From: Podarcis cretensis
Taxonomy: Eukaryota
Reading direction: 5' to 3'
NCBI GenBank assembly: GCA_951804945.1
Contig: OX638161.1
Location: forward strand, 1,178,001-1,242,000
Length of the DNA: 64,000 bases
Position numbers and translations under genes: made by a program. A model generated the notes under the pieces. The model was given only the letters and a program-made list of their open reading frames with translations, did no database searches and was not told the DNA's origin. Below are positions 1 to 11,000 of this stretch, piece by piece; within the stretch, counting starts at the first letter, position 1, and every line of letters starts with the position of its first letter.

Positions 1-869
1 GTTCCTAATAGTGATAACCTGAACTAATGTGGCAGGGAATTCCGCATGCCAGTTCTACATATAGGCAAGGTTCTGTGTGTACCTAATTTGTGCTCCTGTA
101 CAAGTTGCCTTTGTTCATGTTTCAAGTTGGTAAAAACAGAAACTGCATTCTTTGCTAGGATGACAATTCTGTGGCAAGAGGCTAAGCATTCCATAACTCA
201 CATAAATTTAAGATTTGCTGTCCTTATTTTGCAGTATTTATTTCATTACCTTTGAGTTCTATTAGCTTGTAGTGCATGGAGCACAGAGCAGGCGTGATTG
301 ATGACATCATCTGCAGTGATGCTAAGCTGATTGACACTCATTGTTATGCCTAGTGCATGAGGTGATAAGGAGGCTTTCAAGTTCTACTATTGTGTGCAAC
401 AGATTAACAAAGCAAAAGTTGGAGAAGGAAGGAAATAATCAGAGTCTTGCTCCTTCATTCCTTTTCTTTGATGAGGTTCCTATTTCATGCAATCAACTTC
501 GGCAATTGGCTTTGAGGATCATCACAACGAGCTGCTGCCTTCAACATTTTACCACTACCCTCCTGCTGAGGCCATAAAGGCTAGGAACTTACGCTCTCAC
601 TTTTAAAAGAAATAAATCAGAGACAGAGGAGCCATGGGGGATAGGAACCTGTGCTGGGTTCTAACTCTCACTCCCCATAACCAGTTGGCAGTTCTGGCTG
701 ATGGGAAGGAGTCCAGCAACATTTGCCAGGCTGCAGATGCTTCCCATCCCTAGTTCAGTGGGTTGAAAAAGGACCTGTTTCTGTTCTGTACGTCTTCCAA
801 ATTTTATTGATGCAGGAATAGAGATAGATGTTTCGGGGGACCCCCCCCCCCAGTCAGTGGTTACTTCTT

Positions 870-1194
870 GATGTATTGCCTGGTCAAAGGAGGTGGCCGA
901 TGCAGTAATGAGCCACTCTTTCCCTGCCCCCCCCCCCCCCGCTGCAAACTATCATCACGTTACCATGCAAATGAGGGGGGTTGTTTTGACTCCTTTTTTT
1001 GGCCTGGCTCAGGACCAAGCAGATCTGAAGTTTACGTTCTTCACAGCAATAGCTGACAAGCTCCTTCTCAGACTACAGTGGCTGCGCCTGGATGGGTGCG
1101 GTGATTCTCTAGTTCTTGAGAATGAAGAAAGGAGGTTTGTAGATTGGGCCGCTTGGTGGTGAGGGGGCTCCTTGGCTCAGAGAGGCTGGTAAGT
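870..1194 (+). promoter_or_regulatory. Candidate upstream promoter and non-coding 5' exon of ACACB (donor at 1189)
   Basis: Coding exon 1 has a splice acceptor, so an upstream exon must exist. Consensus donor CTG|GTAAGT at 1189-1194. Nearby GGTCAAAGG (nuclear-receptor-like), ATCACGTTAC (SRE-like) and ATGCAAAT motifs. Start point not determinable. Confidence 0.35.
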
Positions 1195-1760
1195 GGCAAA
1201 AACCAAAGGAAGCTCGTATTTCTGCTAATGGTTATTTGTTTGTTTATGGTGCAGAGCAACTTCTATAGTCACCATAGAAATATGTCTAGAGTTGAATTTG
1301 GCAGGGGGTGGAGAAGAAAGTGCCCTCCATGTCTCAGAGACCCCTGTGAAGAGGGGCTGGTTGTTAAGCCACTCTGGGAATCGTAGCTCTGGGAGGGGAA
1401 TAGAAGTCTCCTAACAACTCTCAGCAAACTACAGCTCCCAAAATTCTCTGGGAGAACCCATGACTGTTTAAAGCACTTTAAAAGTATGAGGTGAAGGTGG
1501 CCTTACTTAGGAGTAAGTCTTATTGAATTCAGTGGGATTTTTCATATAAACATCATTTTTTCCCCTCTATACTGTTTAACATCTACATGAAACCACTGGG
1601 TGGGGTTATCCGGAGGTTTGGAGTACGTTGTCAGCAGTATGCTGATGACACTCAGCTCTATTTCTCCTTTACATCTGCAGTGGAAGTGCTGGACTGGATG
1701 AGAGCCAACAAAGTGAAGCTCAATCCAGATAAGACGGAGGCACTCTTAGTGGGTGGTTCC

Positions 1761-2190
1761 TGTCAGGGAACTGCCATCGGAGCCAGAGGAGGGAGGGCTC
1801 CAGAGGGATGCCGGAGAGCATCCCAGGAGGGAGAGAGGCAGCCCATCTGCGGGGGAAGGAAATCAGCGTAGCACCAGTGGAGAAGGGGGCAGATGGGGGA
1901 ATTGGTGAGGAGGCTCCATGACTCCTCGCCGGAGACCAGCGGGGAGAGCACGGGTCCTCCACTGCCCACACCCTCCCTGCACAGAAGACTTCCGCGCAGG
2001 GAGAGTAGGAGGAGACATGGCGTCAAATAACTTCTTTGCTGGAAGAAGTTCAAGAAATGCCCACTGACGGATTCTGCCAGCGATTGAGACAGCCATGGAT
2101 GGGTGGCTGTCCGGACAGAAAGGGTTCACCCAGGTGACTCAGCCAGGTGTGGCGACGACTTACGCACGAGCAACCCCTAGAACCATTACA
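1761..2190. mobile_element. Solo-LTR-like insertion, 430 bp
   Basis: TGT...ACA termini with 5-bp target-site duplication GTTCC (1756-1760 and 2191-2195); splits the L2 sequence. Confidence 0.75.
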
Positions 2191-2719
2191 GTTCCCTAGA
2201 CCAGATGGGTGGGAGATCACTTGCTCTTGATGGGATTACCCTCCCTCTGAAGGAGCAGGTTCGTAGCTTGAGGGTCCTCCTGGATCCTCGAGGCTCAGGT
2301 GGCCTCAGTGGCCTGGAGTGCCTTCCATCTGCTTCGGCTGGTGGCCCAGCTACGCCCCTATCTGGACAGGGACAGCCTAACTACTGTGCTTTTCTATGTG
2401 TCCCTGTGTTCTCTATGTTCTGGTAACCTCTAGGTTAGATTACTGAAATGCGATATAAGTAGGGCTTCCTCTGAAGATGGTTCGGAAACTTCAGATGGTG
2501 CATAAATTTGGTGGCCAGGTTGCTCACCAGAGGAAGACGGTTTGAGCATCTTACACCGATCCTGGTCCAACTGCACTGGCTACCAATTAGTTTCCAGGCC
2601 CAAATCAAAGTGCTGGTTTTGACCTATAAAGCCTTGAGCGGCTCAGGACTGCAAGACCTCAAGGACCGTCTCTCTCCATATAACTGACCTGGACCCTGAG
2701 ATCTTCCTCCTCCTCCTCC

Positions 2720-4328
2720 TCATATTTAGGTACAGCAAACTAAATATGACATAATAGTTATCACTGAAACCTGGTGGGATAAGTCCCACAACTGGAATGT
2801 AATAATGGAGGGATACAATCTATTTCAGAGAAACAGACCAGACAAGAAAGGAGGAGGAGTGGTGTTATATGTCAGGGATGTGTATACCTGTGAAGAGATC
2901 CAAGATTTAGAACCTCAAAGCCAAAGTGAGAGCATTTGGGTCAAAATTAAGGGAGAGAAGAATAATAGTGACCTCATTGTGGGAGTTTACTATAGATCCC
3001 CAAGCCAAACGGAGGACATAGATGATGCCTTCCTGGAACAGATGGCCAAGCATGCAAAAGGAAGGGAGATAGTAGTAATGGGGGACTTCAATTACCCGGA
3101 TATTTGCTGGATGTCAAACTCACCCCTCCCAGTTTGGTGTCATCTGCAAATTTGATCAGGATGCCCTTGAGTCCATCATCCAAGTCGTTGATAAAGATGT
3201 TGAATAAGACCGGGCCCAAGACAGAACCCTGTGGCACCCCACTAGTCACTCTTCTCCAGGATGAAGAGGAACCATTGATGAGCACCCTTTGGGTTCGGTC
3301 AGTCAGCCAGTTACAAATCCACTGAGTGGTAGCATAGTCAAGACCGCATTTTACCAGCTTCTTTACAAGAATATCATGGGGCACCTTGTCAAATGCCTTG
3401 CTGAAATCAAGGTAGGCTACATCCACTGCGTTCCCTTCATCTACCAGGCTTGTAATTCTGTCAAAAAACGAGATCAGGTTAGTCTGACATGACTTATTTT
3501 TCAGAAATCCATGCTGACTATTGGTGATCACAGCATTCCTTTCTAGGTGCTCACAGACTGTTTGCTTAATGATCTGCTCCAGAATCTTCCCTGGTATTGA
3601 TGTCAGACTGACTGGGCGGTAATTATTTGGGTCCTCTCTTTTCCCCTTTTTGAAAATAGGGACAACATTTGCCCTCCTCCAGTCTGCCGGGACTTCGCCT
3701 GTTCTCCAGGAATTCTCAAAGATGACTGCCAGTGGTTCTGAGATCACATTTGCCAGTTCTTTTAATACTCTTGGATGCAGTTCATCTGGCCCTGGATGCA
3801 GTTCATCTGGCTCTGGTCAGACCTCACCTGGAGTACTGTGTCCAGTTCTGGGCACCACAGTTCAAGAAGGACACTGACAAACTGGAACGTGTCCAGAGGA
3901 GGGCAACCAAAATGGTCAAAGGCCTGGAAACGATGCCTTATGAGGAACGGCTAAGGGAGCTGGGCATGTTTAGCCTGGAGAAGAGGAGGTTAAGGGGTGA
4001 TATAATAGCCATGTTCAAATATATAAAAGGATGTCACATAGAGGAGGGAGAAAAGTTGTTTTCTGCTGCTCCAGAGAAGCGGACACGGAGCAATGGTTCC
4101 AAACTACAAGAAAGAAGATTCCACCTAAACATTAGGAAGAACTTCCTGACAGTAAGAGCTGTTTGACAGTGGAATTTGCTGCCAAGGAGTGTGGTGGAGT
4201 CTCCTTCTTTGGAGGTCTTTAAGCAGAGGCTTGACAACCATATGTCAGGAGTGCTCTGATGGTGTTTCCTGCTTGGCAGGGGGTTGGACTCGATGGCCCT
4301 TGTGGTCTCTTCCAACTCTATGATTCTA
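2720..4328 (+). mobile_element. CR1 LINE, 5'-truncated, with internally inverted RT segment
   Basis: Endonuclease fragment (TETWW...[10 protein letters not shown]) on +; RT (NYRPVSLTS...[10 protein letters not shown]...FADDTKL) on - at about 3120-3790; C-terminus ([12 protein letters not shown]) and ATTCTATG-type tail on +. Confidence 0.92.
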
Positions 4329-5415
4329 AGAGGTCTGGAGGGTGGCAACACGAGAACGGGACCTTTTCTGCAGTGGCTCCCTGCTTGTGAAATGCTCTCC
4401 CCAGGAAGGTTCAGCTGGTGCCTTCATTATACACCTTTAGGTGCCAGACAAAAATGTTCCTCTTCAACCAGGCCTTTGGCCAATTAATATTCTACAGCCT
4501 TTTAAATGTGCTTGTGGGAACGGTGGGGGTATCTGTTTGGTTTGTTCTTAGTGTTCTTATGTATTTTGTGTTTCTTATATTGTAATTTTATGTTGTGAAC
4601 TGCCTTGAGATCTACAGATGAAGGGTAGTTTACAGATTTAATAAACAAAAATAATAAAAATAATAAATGTTAAAAGCAAATGAATCCCCAGAAAGAATCT
4701 CCACCTTGAATTGGCTACCTGTAGTAAGCTGACACCCCCATGGACCAGCGCCGAGGATTGTGCTGGACATGACATTGATCTTGTGGGAGGCAGGATTGGG
4801 GGGGGGGCGAAGTAGAGGAGAGGGATGGGCCTGTGTCCTAAAGTGACACGTCGGTGTCTGTGCCCCTGAGACATTTTGCTGTCAGGGGCCAAAGTGGAGA
4901 CATTATGCTCCCTTCTGCAATTCCATATACAGCCCCCCTTACGTGGGGCTTAGGTTCTGGGGCCCTGCACACATAAGTGAAATTGAGTAAAGTGGGGATT
5001 GCAAAGTAAGGACACACACACAGAGAGAGAGACTCTCTCTAGAAATTGCTGGGGGCCGCTGCCCGGCCTGTTCCAAGCCTCCCCTCAGTTGGGCTACCAT
5101 CCCAGAGCAAGGGAAGGCCAATTTATTTCTCCATTTATTTCTCAGCAACCTGTGTAAATGCTGGTGGGATGCACGTAAGGGGGAGGGGGTGCCTGTTCCA
5201 AAACTGAGCAGATTGCCCCTCAGAATCTGCCCCCGAGGTGGCTGCCTCCCTCCACCTGACAGGAAGGCTGCCCCTGCCCCCGTCCTTCCAGGCACGACAG
5301 GTGCCTCTGTGCTGAAGCTCTTGCTCCAGGAGGCGGGGCTGTTGCCTTATGCTCAGGCCATGGCACAGGAGAACAGGCAGACTTTGCCAAGGGGCTGCTT
5401 TTGGAGAATGAAAAT

Positions 5416-5678
5416 TGTTATGTGCTGAAGTTCTCACCCTGGGCCAGCAGGGGAATACTGTAGATAGTTTTCACTCAGGTCCACATATGCAAATAAGGGA
5501 TTGAAAGTGACGTTCAGTGATTGGATAGTTACAGAAAGTGTTACAGTTGCATTCTAGTGGAGCTTTATATAAGCAGGATGGCTGAACCCTTCAGTTCAGT
5601 TCTGTTCTGGCCTGTGAATAAACAAGAGCTGTCTGAAGAATTGCTGTGTCGTCTGATATGTTCACCCACAACTTAACA
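5416..5678 (+). mobile_element. Solo LTR, 263 bp (Copia-like by size, termini and TSD)
   Basis: TGTTA...TAACA termini; 5-bp TSD AAAAT (5411-5415, 5679-5683); ATGCAAAT 5487, ATTGG 5520, TATATAA 5566, AATAAA 5617. Confidence 0.88.
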
Positions 5679-6295
5679 AAAATAGCTCATGTTTCAAGAG
5701 CCCCTCTGGCTCAGCCGCAGGACCTGGCAGCAGAGAGATAGATCAGCGAAGAGATTCCATTGGCTGCAATATAAAATACTGTAAGAGGTGGATCTTTCCT
5801 GGAGCAAAGGCCTGCTATGTGTTGTCGTGTCTCTTTTTAAGTGAAGGTCTTGGGGCAGCAGTTCTACAGTGTGGTGGATGCTGTTGTTGTCTGTGTTTGT
5901 GCATGAATCTGGCCCATATGGTCCTTGGAATTCCTCTTAACTTGATCATGGCGTCAGAGCTGAGGAAAGCTCTTTTTCAGTTTTGAGGGGCCCAGTATCA
6001 ATTTATTTGTGTGTTTATAATTCTGTGGTGAAAGCTTGCATTTCATAAAAGCTTGTGGGGGAGGCAGTTGATGCAGCAGCAGCAGAACAGATTTTTTTAA
6101 ATGCAAAATTATCCATTTTGCTGCTGGCTTTTCAATGCTGACGGGGGCTGTAGTTTGTCTGGAGAGCACCAGGTTGCCAAAGGTGACCTTAGGTTAACTT
6201 TCAGAACTCTGGAAGTGTGTGTTTGTGTGTGTGGTTTTTCCTACTACCACGCCTAAATATTCTTCTCTCTTTCCACCCCCATCCAGGATTTCTGA

Positions 6296-6945
6296 ATGGT
6301 CCTGCTAGCTTTTTTCTCTTTGCTGACTTTGGCCTGGTTAGTTTGGACCAAAATGGCAAACTACCCAAGGAAACTGGTCGTGGAAGGGCCTGCCCCAGAT
6401 CAGCCACTTCCTTCCGAAACTCTGGATCTTCCCACCAATGGATCCCCCCTCCAACTCTCCAAAGCTTGTGGGTCGCAGCCCCCGCTGATGGGGCCCAGCC
6501 AGGACTCCGAAGATGCCTCACAACAGTGCCCTCCTCTAAGCACGCAGGCCTCTGTGGGTGCCCCTAAGCAGCCAGAACACCCCTCCTGCCCCTGCAAGCC
6601 CCCAATTCCCCAGTCTGCCTCAGGTCATTTGGCCCAGGGCTCCCCAGCCACGGAGTCGGGGAGGCCTCTCAGCCGGGTCATCGTCCCTTCCTCAGGCCAG
6701 TCGCTGAGGCAAATGCGGTCCCTCTCAGGAGAGGAACCAGAGAGCAGCCAGGTCCAAGTGAGGCGCCAAGCAATGACCAAGTTTGTGCTGGGCTCTTTCG
6801 AAGACAACTCTTCTGATGACGAGCTTGTGGCTGGATCCTTCAAAATGGCGGGCAGGAGGAGGAGCAGCTTGGCCAGCGTCGGGTCCTCGTCCTCCGTGGA
6901 TTCCTCGCCGCTGATCTCCCTGTCGGAGACCAGTGGGATGATGAG
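6296..6945 (+). CDS. ACACB: ACACB coding exon 1 (mitochondrial-anchor N-terminal extension)
   Basis: [20 protein letters not shown]...[21 protein letters not shown]...GMMR; acceptor ccag at 6286, donor AG|gtaagc, phase 2. Confidence 0.95.
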
Positions 6946-8033
6946 GTAAGCATCATGGCAGCCAGAGAGCCTGCTGGCAGCTGGGCCAGGCAAAAGCTTG
7001 TTTGAGCATGGCATGTGAAACGGGCACAATATGAGATCCTGTGCTCTCTGTCTTTCCTAACTTATGCCAAAGCCCCCTCTCCTTCTGATTCACAGCAGTC
7101 TATCCCTCCTTTGCAGCTGAATGCCTATGACCTTAAGCAGCTTCCCCAACCCCATACCCTCAATAAGTTTTGGCTTACAGCTCATGTCCACCCAGCCAGC
7201 ACGGCCATGTTCCCCCCAAAGGATGCTTCGTCCTTCTGGGGCTGATAAGAGCTGGAGGGCACCAGGTTGGGGAAGGCTGAGCTTTAAAGGATGGGATGAG
7301 GAGCTTGTGGCCTCCGGATGTTGCTGGACTCCAACTCCCATGAGCTCCAGCTTATTTTTTGGCAGACTGATTTTTTATTTGCTATGCTCCTTGCTTGTTA
7401 CTCCAACTGTTGAAGTTGTGGCTTAAAAAAATGTCTTTCATTTTGAGATGCTGAGGTCTCTTTCATTGTATGTCAGTTTAGAAATGTTTGTTTTATGCTT
7501 GACTACTGCAATGCGCTCTATGTGGGGCTACCTTGGAAGGTGACCCGGAAACTACAACTAATCCAGAATGCGGCAGCTAGACTGGTGACTGGGAGCGGCC
7601 GCCGAGACCACATAACACCGGTCTTGAAAGACCTACATTGGTTCCCAGTATGTTTCTGAGCACAATTCAAAGTGTTGGTGCTGACCTTTAAAGCCCTAAA
7701 CGGCCTCGGTCCAGTATACCTGAAGGAGCGTCTCCACCCCCATTGTCCAGCCCAGACACTCAGGTCCAGCTCCAAGGGCCTTCTGGCGGTTCCCTCACTG
7801 CGAGAAGCAAAGCTACAGGGAACCAGGCAGAGGGCCTTCTCGGTAGTGGCCCCTGTCCTGTGGAACGCCCTCCCACCAGATGTCTAAGAGAACAACTACC
7901 TGACATTTAGAAGACATCTGAAGGCTGTTCAGGGAAGTTTTTAATGTGTGACATTTTAATGTATTTTTAATCTTTGTTGGAAGCTGCCCAGAGTGGCTGG
8001 GAAAACCCAGCCAGATGGGCGGGGTGCAAATAA

Positions 8034-8075
<42 letters not shown>

Positions 8076-11000
8076 GATTTAAAATTTAGACGTGGTTTCT
8101 GAAAGACGAAAATAGGTGATATGAAGAGGTAACAATATCCAGAGTAGCTCAGCTTCATGGTAGCTCAGCATCCAGCCAAAGCCAGAACTTTTCTGTTTAA
8201 GAAATCCAGCACTCCCATTAATGACCCCCTTCTTAGTTCAGCCGAGGTCTTGGCTTGCAGCCAGTGGTGGATTTAGGTAATTTTAGATTGTGGACTTAAG
8301 GTTCTTTGGGGTCCCTTCTTGGGCATTGATGATTCTAATGGGTGGCGGCTGGAGGGCGGCAGCACTCTCCAGATAATAATGTATGCCTCACTCACTACAA
8401 ATGGCCTTATGGGGTGGGGGCATTAAAAGGCCATGTGCATTGCTCACCAACCTGCATTGAGCATCCAGCATTTTTTGGCTCAAGGCTCCAAGGGCAGGGA
8501 GTCATCCACATTTCTGTTTGCCCCATGATTTCCATTCTCAGGTCCAAGAGGTTTTCGTTTTGTGCTGCCACTTTTCCTGGGAAAACCTGAATGTCAATCT
8601 GCAGAAAACCCAACTGGAATTTGTTCCAATTCAGCAGTAAGCAGTGGGTTTTTCAGGAAATGTGGCAGGACGAAAGATGAACCTCTCTGACCCTTGAATA
8701 GAAATCACAGGAGTAACAGAAATTTGGAGGAGCCCTTGCCTGTACCCTGTACCAGCTGCATAGCAGAAAAGGCAGGCACAGCTCTCTGCTTCATGTTAGT
8801 AAAAGTTAACTGTTAAAGCCCCCGACATTTCCTAACAGCAAGGAGTGGTGAGTGAAAAGAGAGAAGAGCAGCGAGTTCAGATCCTGAAGCTGATGGAACT
8901 GTGTAGATGATGTGTAGATGGGGCAGAGGGAATGACCTGTTTGTTTGTTTTTCAGATGAGAAATTATTGTTGCTTATTTATTGAATTTATATCCCTCACT
9001 TCCTCCCCAAAGAGCCCAGGGTGGCAAACAGATGGGCCATTTAAAACAAAAGCAAGGTAAACGTTTTAAAACGGGTTAAAACAGTCTAAAAAGAACTACA
9101 ATTGAAAACATCTAAAATCAGTTACAGTTAAGAACATTCCAAAAGCAGTTAACCAAAAAGATAAAAAACATTCTTCCACCCAGTGATCTTAGGGTTGCCT
9201 GGAACAGTGAGAGCCAGTGTGGTGCCACTGTTTGGAGTGTTGCTCCAGGAGCTGGAAGACCAGGGTTCGAATCCCCACTCAGCCATGAAGCTCCCTGGCT
9301 GCCCTTGGGCCTGTCACTCAGCCCACGCCACCCCACAGGGCTGTTGTGAGGGTGAAAGGGGGGAGGGGAGCATTATGTACACCACCTTGAGCTCCTTGCA
9401 GAGAAAAAAGGTGGAATATAAAGGGCATCAATTAATAATTGTAATTCTTTAGTCACCAAATGCCTGGCCAAGCAGGAAAGTTTAAAAATTGCTCCTGAAA
9501 ATAAATAATGATGGACGCAGACGCACCTGACTAGGGAGGGCATCACTGAAAAGGCTCCCTCACGGGCTGGTGAGAATCGGAGAGCCTCTGGTGGAGCCAC
9601 CACCAACCAGCTCAACCAATTGTAGGGTCCGAGATGGTTGGTAATGTATTCCAGATACCCATAGTCTATTTATTATCTGGTGTTTCAAAGATCTATATCC
9701 TGCTTCTAATTTTTTTTTTAAGAGAACCTCTTCTGAAGCAGTGTCACACAATAAGCCTTAATGTCCACAAGGACACATTTTATTTTTAAACACAGGCAAA
9801 CACATTAGCTACAAGTTGTTCCCAAAGCCTTCCAGGGTTGCTGATAAGCAGAGGACAAAAGGCCTGATTAGGACAAAGGACAGAGGACTGTTTCTTGGGG
9901 GGGGGCAGGCCCCTTGCCTCCCTCTTGCTGCTGCTCTCCTGTTGCAATGGGGGGACACGACTATGTAGTGACACGTAGAAATGGTGAAGGGGTTTTGCAG
10001 CCCTGGGGGTCTCTTGCGCAGGGGACTCTTGGCAACGAGGAAAGCGACAACTTGGATTTCAGTGAGAAGCAAACCCTGCATGCCTTCCGTGAGTCTGTCA
10101 AGCGAAAGGTTCCCATCTGTCAGGCGATGAGCTTTCTGGAGGTGCCTGGCTGGTCACTATCAGAGGCGGGACTTGGGCTGAGCCACCGGAGCAGGTTTGC
10201 CGCCTCAGTGTAAAGGGGGACGTGGTTTTCTCCCCCCCCCCAAATTTATTTGTTGTGTTTCTATCCCACGTTTTTCTCCCAGAAGCTCAAGGTGGCCCAC
10301 ATGGTTCCATCTCTCCTCACCACAGCCCTGCCAGGTAGGCTCGGCCGAGAGGCCCTGACCTGCCCAAGGGAGCTTCATGGCGGCGGCGGGGGGGGATTTG
10401 AACCCTGGGCTCTCCAGGTACTAATCCCACCCTAATCGGACTCTGCTGCCCACAAGACCTGGGTGTCCTTTGGCTTCGCCCCCCCCCCTTGAAAAAGCCC
10501 CTGCCTAGGAAAGGGTTGCTTGCGTGTCTTTGGGAGAGGAGACTCCGGCCCGCGGCTTCCTTCTCTGCGGCGTCTCGGGGCCCTTTTCCTCGGCTGAGCC
10601 TCTTGGTGCTGCTCGAGAGTTTGCTGGCGCTTTGCCCAGAGGGGAGCAACAGGCGGCAGCAATGGAGCAGCAGGAGGCGGCGGCGGCGGCGGCGGAGGAC
10701 GAGGCTGCCTCGGGGCCCCTCCCGGGCAGGATGGCAGAGGAAGGCGGAGCCGATCGGCGCTGCTCCGGGGGCCTTGGGAGGTCAGTCCGGGCGGGCGGGC
10801 GGGCAGGGGACTCGGTCCCCGGGAGAGGGCCGAGACTTGGCGGCTGAAGTCCCTTCTCCTCTTGGCTTCGGGCAGGCGGGGCTCTTGGACCCTCTTGGGC
10901 GTCCCCTTCCCCTTGTGCGTGGCCTCAGCCGCCGAGGGGGAGGCGGCAGCTGCCCTGCTCGGACGGGCAAGTCCTTTCCCCCCGCTTAAGAGGTTTTTTC

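Larger units (their letters stand above)
1560..4660 (+). mobile_element. Degenerate L2-clade LINE fragment, interrupted by an LTR-like insert (1761-2190) and a CR1 (about 2720-4328)
   Basis: RT motif CQQYADDTQLY...KLNPDKTE at 1587; collinear continuation at 2191-2710 and 4330-4660 ending in an A-rich tail. Confidence 0.8.

Noticed and set aside
1-860. Possible 3' end of an upstream neighbour such as UNG
   Set aside because: No recognisable coding sequence or clear poly(A) signal in this part of the window.
3088-3747. 219-aa reverse-transcriptase ORF as an independent gene
   Set aside because: It is the inverted internal segment of a truncated CR1.
9947-10088. ATG-initiated frame MGGHDYVV... 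ending at a GTGAGT donor, as another alternative first exon
   Set aside because: It is 142 nt (phase 1), out of frame with exon 2, which needs phase 2. It could at most be non-coding, and there is no support for that.
10489-10989. 166-aa Arg-rich ORF and overlapping ORFs
   Set aside because: By-product of GC-rich CpG-island sequence and the (GGC)n run; no recognisable domain.
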